In this document: positions 25,156 to 37,390 of the stretch, piece by piece
How positions within the stretch are numbered: the first letter of the stretch is position 1
How the letters are laid out: the number at the start of each line of letters is the position of its first letter
Made by a program: the position numbers and the translations under genes
DNA from: Tubiluchus corallicola
Taxonomy: Eukaryota; Animalia; Priapulida
NCBI GenBank assembly: GCA_030141605.1
Contig: JAQGDQ010000028.1
Span: 248,001 to 312,000, forward strand
Length of the DNA: 64,000 nt
Direction: 5' to 3'
The notes under the pieces: generated by a model
What the model saw: only the letters and a program-made list of their open reading frames with translations
Told to the model about the DNA's origin: nothing
The model's database searches: none

Positions 25156-25270
25156 TAATGCATTTAAAAATTTTCTTTTCTTTGCCTTCTACATTTGTGT
25201 TGCTGAATTTATTAAATAACTGAATTTTTGGAAAATCATCTTTCTAAAAGTTTCATGTGGTTTCTTTTAG

Positions 25271-25334
25271 ATTGATCTAGAACCGAATGGTCGGCTACAT
25301 GTAATCATAGAGCTAAATGGATCATCTTCGGAAG
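25271..25334 (+). CDS. PRKCE: nPKC exon 2 (end of C2)
   Basis: ttcttttag| IDLEPNGRLHVIIELNGSSSE G|gtaagc, 64 nt, phase 0-1. Confidence 0.96.
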
Positions 25335-27636
25335 GTAAGCAGACAAAACTTTTGTCTATTTATGGTTGGATATCCATACCCATATCACTTCTTGTCTTAA
25401 TACGAGCGTATAATTTTAGTTCATCTAATCTGGCAAGCAAAATAGTGATTTGACTATGCTAGAAAAATAAATTTTTAATTAACAGCAGAATGGTTACCAC
25501 ACTCTTATCAGTACGTAACCTGTTAATTATATATCCAAGAGTAAGGATTCAAGTTCGGCGTTACAAGCTTTGAATACTAAATATTATTATTTTGAATTAT
25601 TTGTTATTTTTCAACCTAGACATCTGTGCTTGCAAAAGATTCAAGTTTCATTACCTTGTTCAAGACCTTTGTATTGTATTAACTACAAATTTAAGGCAAT
25701 TAGCCGATGAAGAAAGTGTTAAGTTTTAGTCGTTGTCAGTTCAGATGAATGGATCGCTTGTACAGGCAGAAAAATTCGTCTATGGTGGTTAGATAATAAA
25801 ACGCTGAAAATCGTTCAAATTTAAAAAATAATTTTGTAAATTTTACTCTTAAACTGTGCACTTTACATTTCTTCTTAGAAATAATGTCTCTAAAGTGTCA
25901 ACCGACCTGTCGCTTAAACCTTACTAGGAACGCACAAAGTGTTTCATTTTTTAACTTTGTAGTTCCCCTTTCCCGGAAAAATAAAAAGCGATGGACATTT
26001 ACAAGTAAAAAAATATATCGTGAGGTACCTATTCCTTTGCCAAAGTTTCGATCGTGAAGTGCATTCACATTTAGTCAAGAACTTAAAATTGAGAAAAATT
26101 GCCGCAGAGTAGGTAAAAGATTAAATACTTTTAAAACCACAGCTTTGCTTAAACTATTTTTTGATCAGAACCCAGTTCCACGTTCATGTATATTTCAGTG
26201 GTATTAAATCCGTTTTTTGTTGGCCTATCCAGTATTCATCAGTCTCCATCTGTCTTGCTTTTGGTACTATTTTTAGACAAATGTGGATGCTGCTTTAGAA
26301 GTCCATCCTCTAGCGTATGCTGTTAAGTGTTCAAGCATGAATGTTTAACACTGTTTGTGAACATTTCATTTACATAACAACCAACAGGTTCTCTTTCAGA
26401 TGTGTCATGCAAGGTCACGTCTGTCTGGAGTCCGACTTCCGGAACTTGTCTCCATTATAAAATTTTAAAACGCGCCTTTGAAAGTTTGTGTAAAATGATT
26501 TATGAATCGGCGTGGCAAGAATAAGCAATCAAAACGTAAATGTGCCCATTGCGAGAACCAATTAATTATGCCAGGTAGCGCGTTTCGAGGGGTGTATTAT
26601 AATTAGTGACTGCTTTACAGAGAAAGTGAAGTCATTCTTGGCTGGGTTCGTGTTTGATCGCGCACCGAGACCCTCACTCCAGCACCAATTTGTTTTTTAT
26701 TAAGAACTAACTACCGAGTGCACAATAATTACGCCAGAGTTTTGTTTGTTCACGTAGACGATACTCACCGCAATAATACATAAACCTAGCCTAGCCTAGT
26801 AAAGCAAATACCATAATCCAATATCTACAGTGACGACCACTGCACAGGTTCAACGGTGTTTCTCTGGGGCTATACAAGCATATAAAAATTTGTAAAATTC
26901 GTCTTCTAACAATTCTGATAACGCAGGTTGCCAACTCAGGAACACTGCCCCATGTACTTTTCCATCGTTTCTTTCTAGCGAAGGTGAGTCAAAGTCGGGG
27001 CAGTATTGCCAGTAACAGCAGTTCCCAAAGAAGCCAGATACAAGTAGCTAATGCTGTACAGTACACAGCGATGGATACGCCAGCGCGCGTACAGCCGATC
27101 AATAACATGATGTTACCAGTTCAGCTGCTTGCTGTACTCAACTGTGTATAGATTTGTACACGGCCTTATAACTGCAAAACATAATTATCCGTATATTTGC
27201 TTGACGGTTTCATAGATCTGCTTAGGAGGAAACCGCCTCCGGTACACTGGGCTTGAATAATTCTAATCGAAAGGGGACCTCGGGTAAACACGGCAGCCGG
27301 GCTTCAATAATATGCGATCCTGAATAGAATTGCAGAAATGACCTTGCATGTACTGGACTTAAATTAATGCTGTCAGTAATTCAAGATGCTTGATAAGGCA
27401 TGTCTGGCGTCCCTCACAACAACTTTTTGGGTCGCATCGAAACTGTACAGTTTTCGACTTACCTTTCCAAAGCCCCTTATATAGTATACCAGAGATGTAA
27501 TCTTGTTTAGGAGCATCCCATTGAGGGCGCTCAGGTGCTATCAGTGCCCGGAAGAAATTGTATTTATATTTGTATCAGCTCACATCTATAAAATGAATAA
27601 ATTGCGATAATCAAATTCGACTGCACGCTTTTTAAC

Positions 27637-27755
27637 ATGATATGATATGATATGATATGATATGATATGATATGATATGATATGATATGATATGATATGA
27701 TATGATATATGATATGATATGATATGATATGATATGATATGATATGATATGATAT
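27637..27755. repeat. (ATGAT)n pentanucleotide microsatellite
   Basis: Direct reading, with one phase slip near 27707. Confidence 0.97.
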
Positions 27756-29646
27756 AATATAATGTATGTATCCTTTATAATGTATTTAAATTCTGCTATT
27801 TTTACGTATTTATAGTTAAAAGTTATGATTTAAGGCTCGCTTTTGCTTTTGTGGCAATACTAATTTTTGTTACCGCAATAACGCTACTGTTGCTGCCAGT
27901 ATTTATAAATCTAACTTTTTCTGCTTAAGTACTTTAATACACTAAGCCAGTCTCGTTTGTGTGCTTATGTTCTCTCAACATAGTACTTAGCTGAATTAAT
28001 ATCGATGGCAGACGAAACTGATCAGAAATGATTTTGCAGTCTGTCACCTGTTTGTTTATTAACCAGGCTCAGCGTTGCTTTAATTTGAGTTGCTAAGCTC
28101 ACATCGTGAAAACTTGGCTATTCGCATATGGGATATTTCATTATTTTCCTAGTTTACTTTTTTCTGGTTTCCCATCTTCGCTCGTGCAAGGGTAACTTAG
28201 ATTAGTCACTTAACGGGACCTTTTCCTGAGTCCAAGCAGCTCGGTACAGGAGCTAGGTGCTGTACATAAAAGAGAAGCTACAACCTCATTGAAAAGAAGG
28301 AATTCGCTGTGCAGGGACTTGATGGATTTCCAGGCTGCGTGCCTGAGCAATGTTACTATTTTTGACCTACATTTTAGCTGCTGTACCTCTGGATGGAAGC
28401 CACTGGGTTACTCTGAGGGCGTATTTGAAGTATAGGGGGTACTGGTTTATATACTGGTTTATATACATTCCTTTGTTGTGATGCTAGTGATTCGAAAAGC
28501 TAGTTACTAAGTGCTTTGCTATATATATTTCAGGCTTCAGACGTTCAGACTATTATTATTTGTTTACCTGATTGTAGGTCCTGCAATAGTCCAGCTATAA
28601 AAAAATAAAGTCACGGTAGAGTTAGCATAAGAAGAGACTTCTTTTCGTCACAAAAGAGATATTTAATTAGAGGAAATCATGTTATTTAACGTCACTGCCT
28701 ATGTTACACACTGTTTAACAATCGTTTTACAGCTACTGTACTTTACATTGGTTGAATGCAGAACGCCGTTTTATGTTGTCCGTTTGGAGGTTTTCTGACA
28801 GTTGCTCCGTTTGATTTCTCAAAATCTTTCTACTCCTTTGTCAAAAAGCTGTGAAAATGCCTGAAAAGCATGTAATTTCACACCATAAGTAACTTATTTC
28901 ATATAGCACGCTGACAACAACGCACAAGTCGTAACAGCAATATTGTATATAGCCCTAAGTTGAAAATTAGAATGTTTTAATTTAATTTGTTGTAAAAAAG
29001 ATTTTACAGCTATACAGCTGAATCATTTAGCATTTGGGCAAGCAGTGAATGTATGCATCACTAGTTGATGGTTGTCCGTTTATAGTGACCCTACTGTGGA
29101 ACTATTAAATTATTCGTTATACATAATGAAATTATTATTATGTTCACATCTGAATTGAACTGATTTCAACTCGTTTGATACAGATTGTAAATGTGAGAGA
29201 AAAAAGTGAAAATAATTTTCTACGCTACAGTCGTTTGGTACAGACAAAATAACGATATTTGGCCTGTGTTTGTTAAGATGAATTATACTGCGTCAGACGA
29301 GTAGACATTTAATTTCGGAAAAAATAAATGTATCATTTATTCCTGGCAATTGTTGAATTCTAAGCTCATTTTTAACAGCATGCATTATTATTCTCACACT
29401 AAACTGTTTGTGATGTGTTACTATTTGCTATATGTGATGTGTGTGCAATGTACTATTCTGTTGTGCAAAATGTTTATGCATATTAGCAAAACAGAAATCA
29501 AAATCCCTAAATTGGGAGGCCGTCTTTCTTATGGTTAGTAATGATAATAACCTTCATTTAAACTCGGCTTTAAACTCAACAGATAACACAAGCCACGAGA
29601 CTTTTATTGCCGACTGTAAATAACAAACTGCAGCTACATAATAGAG

Positions 29647-29697
<51 letters not shown>

Positions 29698-29822
29698 CGC
29701 AGGAGGTACCATTTTCAGACCTGGTATAGGGCCCCTCTTTTGAGCCGGCCGCGGTATCGAACTCAAACTCACGATTTCCCAGTAGAAAGCAGCCGCGTTA
29801 TCTATTACGCTATACACTACAG
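29647..29822 (-). mobile_element. Short tRNA-derived SINE with (AAT)n tail
   Basis: Minus strand: A-box-like TAGCGTAATAGATAACGC, B box GAGTTCGATAC, a short body, then (AAT) about 16 times. Confidence 0.75.
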
Positions 29823-30305
29823 TCTGGTCAAAACGTGAATCATATTTTTGCAAGGCGGCTAGGCCCTTCAGAACTAACTGGTAGCACCTAAAAATATGAC
29901 TGATTCATGGTGGCGATCCATTTGGTAACCTGCGTCATGATCTAGCTGTCTGAAACTTACATTATAGCTTTGCAGGTATTGAAATTTGTACCACGCTTTC
30001 CTTATCGCTACAGCACAGTATCCTGTCTGATGTTACATTAATGATGTTGAATACAAGTCCTGTAAGTGACTCTGGTTGAAAAGCTGTAAGAACTTTTAGA
30101 GCAGGTTGGGTGTTTCAGATTTTTTTTCTGCAAATTCTGTTACGTGGAGCTTGGTCAAGGAGATTGGTTTAATGGCCACTTGACATTTCACATACCCTGA
30201 TAGTTTTCTACAATTTATAATATTTTTTATTGTCTTGTATTTTTATCAATCCTTTTGTTTATATTTACTGGTTAATTTTTATAGGAATGTGTGGCTTACT
30301 AGTTC

Positions 30306-30639
30306 TAAATGTTTGGCTGATTGCCAGAGTGATTGGTTGGAGCAAATAAATTTCTTTTGTGTTGCGGCTGCTATACTATACAATATTTAGAGTTTAACTT
30401 TTTTACATTTATTTATACCAGTGCAGGTAGACTATTAATTCTGTTTCGTTAATAGTTGCATTGCAGTGGACTAAAATGTTTGGCTGATTGGTGGGAGCAA
30501 ATGTTTATTTCTATAAATTTCTTTTGTTTTGGGGCTATTATACGTTGGGGTATTTAAAGTAACTTTTTACATTTATTTATGTCAGTGCAGGGACTGCAGT
30601 ACACTATTAATTCATTTTCTTAATAGTTGCATTGCAGTA
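30306..30639 (+). repeat. Diverged ~165-bp direct repeat (2 copies)
   Basis: AAATGTTTGGCTGATTG...CAGTGCAGG...TTAATAGTTGCATTGCAGT occurs twice. Confidence 0.85.
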
Positions 30640-32208
30640 GAATTAAATAAATTGTTGTAATAAATTTCTGGGTAATTGTGTCTTCTTTTTAGTCTATAAA
30701 ACCCCTAGGTGCAAAAATTCTGGAACAGAAAATTCAACGGAAATGTGGTCAGTTAACTTAATGGCTATATCGTTTTTTGCCACTCTTCCCTGAAAATCGT
30801 ATTTTGTTGCTTATGTACCTATCGTATTATTGAATATTATTACGAAACCTATCATTGTAAATTATTGAAAGAAAATAAAACTAGATCTCTAACCAAGTGT
30901 TTTTTGGTAAAGTAAATAAATAAGCAAATAAATAAAGAATGCCTATGTTTTGATTATTTATGTTCCATCAAGTTTTTCGAAAATTAAGCCCCATTTTAGT
31001 TCATATTTTAGTACAGCTGTCCATGTTTTTATATTACATTAGTTGCTTAGAGGAAGTATGAGCATTGACAGTTTGGTATTATTGTTCTTTTTACTGTTTG
31101 AAAAGACTTTGGTAAGATGCAAACATAAAATTGACACAAAATTTCCTTTTCTCCCATAATTATCTAATTTCCACTATTTTTCTCTTGAATATCTCTTATC
31201 TTGAATAATCCTCTCTTCAATTTTGCCAGGTTAAATTTGTTACAGGTAAGATTATCCGACGTTAAAAGATTTTTCCGTATTCTTTAACCTGAATTCCTTC
31301 TTAAACAAAGTTATTCTTGGAACAGCTTGAAATATAAACCCACATATAGACAACATTACTGCAGAAATTTTTCTTTGGGGTTGCAATACAATAGAAAGTT
31401 CCTTTAAATCTACTGTTTCTTTAAAAAAATCTGTTTTGCTCTTATATCTGTCGTAGTGAATCTAAAAATATAACAGCTTGACGGAAATAGGATCATCGTG
31501 CATTTGTCAATTGAAATAAGCTTTTCTTTCCCTCCCACACTTAGTTCTTTCATCAGGAATTTAAACAGTGGATCTTTCTGTGTTAGCTTCTAAGTGCCAA
31601 CAAACGAGTAAATTGCCGTGCTTTGTCATAGTATTACTCTGGACATTCTAGGCTGTAATGTAGACTTGTATAAACCCCCTTTTCCCCTTGGCCTCTTTTC
31701 TGTGGCATTCTGTACCAGAAATTTGTTTTTGCTGATTTCAAATAATAATATACAGATTTTGTCTATTAGAGTAGAGCCGCTACTTAGTTATTAGAATTCC
31801 ATTTTCTGAACCTATATTCACACTTACAGTTTATGAATGAAAGCTTCTTTCCTTGACTGACCAATGGCCTGCTTGGAGTGATCTTTACAAAAAAATATAA
31901 AAACAAGGTAGCCCCCAGTTTCTGTTGCTGCTGCAGCATTGCAGTCAAAATGTGCACTTTTTTCAGTCACAAACGCATACACTGGCTTGAAAGTAACAGA
32001 CAGAGCCAACATTAGCTCACCCTTTCTAAAGTAAGAAAAAAACATTAGTTTGCCTTGCACATACCATACTAATATTTTGTCTAATAGTTTCCCTGTGTCT
32101 ATGCAGCTTAATAAAACTCTTGCACTGGTCATTGGTTTAACGATTATTACTAAATGTAATTCACTTAGCTATTTATTTCGATTTCAATTCTTCATTTCAA
32201 TTCACAAT

Positions 32209-32213
32209 AATTA

Positions 32214-32249
<36 letters not shown>
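32209..32249. repeat. (ATT)n microsatellite
   Basis: Direct reading. Confidence 0.9.
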
Positions 32250-32765
32250 GTTAAATGTAATTCACTTTGCTGAGCATAGTGGTAACCATTCTGCTGTTTT
32301 GAAAATTTCATCTCTTGACATATTTGTTTACTTTAACTTTCTTTTGCAAATGCATCTAATATTGTGCCTAATTGGTTCCATGAAAAAATGTGTAGCATTT
32401 CTAATTAAAAGTTGATACTATTAGGCATTAAATAGTACATTAGTTTTGATTGGTTTCGTAAGTATGTTTAACTAATTTTGAGTTTGTATTTTTACAGGGA
32501 GTGTTTACAATAAAATTCATGCGTGCGCTGTAAACTAGACTGTCGCAAATCTAGTTTAGAATAGTTAGAATCTACTTAGTCTATCTTGTCACTACTTGAA
32601 TTATATCAGCTTTTTTCATGTGCAGCATGTTTGTGTGCAACATGTGGCAGCATCTTTTATTATAGCAAACACAAAACTGTTAAAGATTAGCTTATGTAAT
32701 ATTGAATTTATTGTAATTTTTTTCTAACACTATCACACTTTTTATCTTTGATTGCTGCATTACAG

Positions 32766-32777
32766 GACCAATTCCAG
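32766..32777 (+). CDS. Candidate 12-nt alternative microexon of nPKC (adds G-P-I-P)
   Basis: CTAAC branch point at 32724, a pyrimidine tract, TGCTGC, then tacag|GACCAATTCCAG|gtagac. Phase 1-1 and in frame. Confidence 0.5.
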
Positions 32778-33128
32778 GTAGACATTATATACATTATATT
32801 TTAGTCAGTAGTATTAAAGATCGTTTTTATACTAACTAGCTAGTTTTGAGCTTATATTTTTCGATTTTAGGAAAATACGATACTTTACGATATTTTAACT
32901 GTGATGTAATTAGTATTACATTACAATAGACGGCATTATTATGCAGTATTAAATAAAGCTTTACATTATAGTGAATCATGTTGTGTTAATTAAAACATAG
33001 AAACATGAACAAAATGTTCTAAAGTTGCATGCAAAGTATGACATAATCTATAATTATGATTACTGTAAGTATGTTATTGGATGCAGGATTGTATCTTGTT
33101 GCTAACCATTGATTGTTGTTCTTGACAG

Positions 33129-33279
33129 CACCTCGAGAGAGAGTGTTCAGGGAGCGACAGGGCATGGCCAAGAGGCGCGGGGCCATGCGAAGGAGGATCC
33201 ATCAGGTCAACGGGCACAAATTCATGGCCACTTTCTTCCGACAACCGACATTCTGCTTTCACTGTAATAAATTTATATG
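33129..33279 (+). CDS. PRKCE: nPKC exon 3 (pseudosubstrate, start of C1A)
   Basis: [50 protein letters not shown] with gacag| and TG|gtaggt. Confidence 0.97.
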
Positions 33280-35073
33280 GTAGGTGTTATGAACGCTAAT
33301 CAAAATTGATGATTTCACTTATTCGTTACCTGTTCATTTATTGCAGTCAGTTTGTTCTTTAGTCTGTAGGTTAGCTCCTGTAATTACAATTTAATACTTT
33401 TGGCTTAACAGATCCTATTGTAAGTCATTTTTGTGGTATGTTACTGGCATAGTTCTTCCGTATTCAATGTGTATTGTAAAAGTGAGCGTATGTCTATGAT
33501 CAGCATACTTTCTAACTGTCATACTATTAGCATAATCTTGGCAAATTGTGGTCCACTTCAAAGTTACAGCAGTAACATTTCTAATCATCCCATTCTACCC
33601 CAATTACTCCAAAAATTTGCCAGTTGTGACATGGACAGAGAAAGTTTTCTGTTTTCTGTCCTTGGTTCTTTCCCAACCATGGCTAATTATTTTATTTGAT
33701 TAAATTCAAGTCATGAGTAATAGTCTGTAAAACTTAATTAATAGGATATTTGACATGTGCTAATTCAGGTCTAACATTACCTAATCCAGATCTAAATTTC
33801 AAATGTCAGATCCATGGCCATCAGCTTACGGGAGTAGCAACAGCATGAACCCTCTTTGCTTTTGTAAAAGTAGCTTCTAAATTTAGATAAAGAAATCGAG
33901 TCTTGCATGTCTTTACAGTATTTTAGTCAATTTGTAACTTATCGTGTGCATATAGATAAGTTCCTACCATTGTTTTCGTAAAATTTGTTCCCAAATTTAA
34001 GTGCAGAAATTGCATCTTACCTGTTGCATATTGAATTATGCAGTCAGTTGCTGGTTGATTTGGCTAATAACTTATATAATTATGTAGACACATCCTATCA
34101 TTATTTGCTTGCAAATAAAACTGGCTCTCAGTTTAGGGACAGACATGTAGTCTTAAATCTTACACATTGAATTTTGCAGTCGACTGATGGTATACGAACA
34201 AAAGCAGATGTACAAATAAGGTCTTAGCAGTGTTTCCCTAAAAATCTCTTCAAGACTTAGGGCAGAAATTGAATCTTTTTGGCTGCCCTATAATTTTACA
34301 GTCGATTGATGCGTAGGTTCCTTCCAGAAAAGTACTGTACATCTTAACACACTAAACGTTTTTATGATTGTACATGACTGTGTACCATGTAGTTGTGGTT
34401 CATCATTGAGCATCTAGTGATACGTATGCTCTCTTGGTTTTCTCCGACCAGCTTCTTCGCGTATTGATCCGTACCGAATTATCACATGATAATAGCTGTC
34501 CAAGTGCTATAATCTGACGGAGGGGAATAATTCATGGTCGTCTCTGTCCATGGCTTCGCGTTAACGATGCCAAACGAAGTTCATTCCTGTCTCTGCCAGA
34601 ATGAGCTTGAAAATATAGCAAAGTGTAGTAATAGTATCTACTATCGTTAGATTGTGTACGCAGTGTTAGAAAAATGTAGATCTATTATCAGGAAACAATG
34701 GGAAAGATTCTTGCTCGATTTTAACCTGCTAGAGCTCGCACCGGAGTCTTATGAGGCTCTGTGTTTGACTTAATACACAAGTATGTTGTAAGGAAGATGT
34801 AAAGCTTTTGCTGTGTCATAAAAAATAGGATTACAATATCAAAATCCTCAAAATATAAAAATCCCAGGTGACATTTAATGTCCATTTTGATCTGAATGCA
34901 GGGAAACTAACTTATTAGCAACATAGATGGAAGACTTCTATGAGAAACTGTCCTATAGATGGAGGACTTCTGTGAGAAGCAGTCAGTAGTAGTCTTTTGG
35001 GCTGGTGATATGTAGGTGATATCGTTTGGAAGTCTTTTGACAAATTTCATTACAGATACGTTTAATCTACGCA

Positions 35074-35188
35074 AGACAGATTTAATTATGAAAATTTGCC
35101 ATTTGCATTTAAATTACACATTAAATTGCACACTAATTTAATGTGTAATTTAAATGCAAATGGCAAATTTTCGTAATTAAATCTGTCT
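35074..35188. repeat. 54-bp inverted repeat with 7-nt loop
   Basis: Arms at 35074-35127 and 35135-35188 differ at one position, which forms a U-G pair in the sense RNA. Confidence 0.95.
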
Positions 35189-35256
35189 AGCATTGTGACA
35201 CTAATTAGCGTGTCATAAATTTTTGAGCAGTTCAGTGATATTCTTTTTTTTTTCAG

Positions 35257-35288
35257 GGGGTTAGGAAAACAAGGTTATCAATGTCAAG
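35257..35288 (+). CDS. PRKCE: nPKC exon 4 (C1A, 32 nt)
   Basis: Poly-T cag| (W)GLGKQGYQCQ G|gtacgt, phase 2-1. Confidence 0.95.
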
Positions 35289-35799
35289 GTACGTCCGAAA
35301 CAAAATTATTTTACATTTTGCTTAATTTTAAAATTAAACCTGTTCAAAAAATGCCAGAAGTTCTATTTCTTACATGCCACAATCTCACAAAGAAAAATTT
35401 GATTTGGCATATTCAAAGACTGTTAAAAATGTTGAATATGACGCCATGATACATTTACGTAAGAATGTTTTTAGCCTTTTTCTATGTGACAAAATGCTAA
35501 ATTTTTATGTAATTTAATCAAATTATTCCAAGAAACCAAATTAATTACTCCTCATGTCTGTTTCAACAGTAACATTTTTTTAAATAACTTTCAATAAAGT
35601 ACACTAGTTTTGAGCAACGTTTTGTTTTTATGAAACGAGTCTTTATGAAACACTTAATGAAGATTAGTTTTAGTTAATGATTGTATAATTCAGCATTATT
35701 TTCCGTCTGTTATTAAATCTGAGTAAAATATGAACTGTGCATTGTAATCAGTAATAACTTTGATTAACTTCTAAGACATGGCAGTTTGTTGGTTTTCAG

Positions 35800-35897
35800 T
35801 TTGCACATGCGTTGTACATAAGAGATGTCACGAATATGTAGTCACCAAATGTACCGGTTGTAAAGCCGAAATGACAGAAGAGAATGCAAACGCTCAG
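35800..35897 (+). CDS. PRKCE: nPKC exon 5 (end of C1A)
   Basis: VCTCVVHKRCHEYVVTKCTGC...NAQ|gtaatt, phase 1-0. Confidence 0.96.
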
Positions 35898-36059
35898 GTA
35901 ATTTTGATTGACATGTGTATGGACATTGGTCAGCAGATGGTAGGACTTTGAACATAGGATAGTAGCACATAGTTCTAGGCTTTCTGGTTTTGATTGTCTA
36001 ACTGTTGAGAGTTGGAAAACAGACTGCTAGAGATTTGACACTTTGACTTTTTTATACAC

Positions 36060-36410
36060 TTTGGCAGCTGTAGCCTAGGATTCAGTGGTGGGGTCTACTC
36101 AAAACCATTCAGTGGTGTTTGTGGTGAAGCTTGGCTCATTATCGAGGCTAACCCTCTAAGAGGATCCGCTGAACCGGCACAGATGTCTTAGCCATGGTCA
36201 GATTTGTATACAGCTGCCTTCTTCGAGCAAAAGCTTCAGAATCGGTATGGGGAATGAAATTACTGAGAACGAGTTTTGAACCCTGACAGTCATGAGCTGT
36301 TCGTTACAAAAGTGCGTCATAGCTGAGGTACAAGATGAGGTGTATGGTGCTTCATGTACCAGACATAGTGGACTTTAAGAGCGATGCTTATGCCATTGCC
36401 ATCCAGGCCT
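36060..36410 (-). mobile_element. SINE copy C (same body as copies A and B, tRNA-like head)
   Basis: Shares body blocks with copies A and B. The minus strand begins GGCCTGGATGGCAATGGCATAAGCA and contains GGGTTCAAAACTC. Confidence 0.5.
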
Positions 36411-36650
36411 TAAGACCGTGAGCTTTGAGCACTTGAAAAATTAACATTTTTTAAACTTTTGGCACATAGTACAGTGACAACTTTGGCACTGAGATGCCTG
36501 CATGAAACTAAGATATTGAACAATATGTACCAAACTGTGGATTACTGACCACTTTATGCCACATGTCAGCACAGAAGTTTGAATATTTGGAGCCATAGTA
36601 TCAACCTTAGTGCTAGTCTTCTTAAGAAATAAATTATAATCTTGTTAGAT

Positions 36651-37390
36651 CAGGGCTGTGCAAATTGCGGCCCGTGGGCCGCTTGCGGCCCACCAAAAGA
36701 TCTTGTGCAGGCCCATGAAGAGGTTTGTCAACCTAATGAAAGTGCAGCCCGGGCGATGAATTGAGTCGCAAGTATCAGGAAGATATTTTCAGCTAAAGTC
36801 CACACCACGATCGCAAAGATAGTGTGGGTAGTTTTTTCTACTAGATTGGAATGTAATCACAGAACATAGCAAAACTATTATTGAAGCCGCCATTGAAATG
36901 CTCAAATGTGCAAGAAATGCGAGAAGCAATCTGATTGGCTGGTAGGAAGACCAACAAGCTAATCTCAATCTCTAGGCTTCAATTATCGGGCCCGTTGATC
37001 GGCCTAGTCGTCTTCTTGATCATAGCAGGTAGATCATTTTGACTTGGTTATTTAACAAAATAAATTTTAAATAAAATTATGAAATAACGAAGTCAAAATT
37101 TGTAAGTAGTCAGGAAGCTGAAAAAGTGAGGTCACCCTGATATAGGGGGATTGCAATAAAATTTTCCAGTATCTGACATGAAAGTTGAAATCTATGGTTT
37201 TTAATATAAATTTTAATATCTTCTAACATAGTTTCCTTGAATGTAGTAGTAATGATGTGCAAAGATCGGATGCAAAAAAATCGTTATTAGGTCCCACTGT
37301 TATTGGCTCCTTGGCCAAACTGCATGCGCCCTGCAGAAATTGGAGAAGATTTATTGTGGCCCGGCTAGTCAGATAATTTGCACACCCCTG
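36651..37390. mobile_element. hAT-Charlie/Buster-type MITE
   Basis: TIRs CAGGGCTGTGCAAAT / ATTTGCACACCCCTG, GCGGCCC sub-terminal repeats and a perfect 8-bp TSD TGTTAGAT. Confidence 0.93.

Noticed and set aside
29554-29853. 99-aa ORF with poly-Asn
   Set aside because: It is the translation of a tRNA-SINE and its (AAT)n tail.
32498-32530. Additional PKC cassette exon after tttttacag
   Set aside because: Only weak donors are available and they would shift the frame.
34913-34985. Small tandem duplications (about 32 bp here, 12 bp at 28441, 21 bp at 51537)
   Set aside because: These are ordinary slippage products with no further structure.
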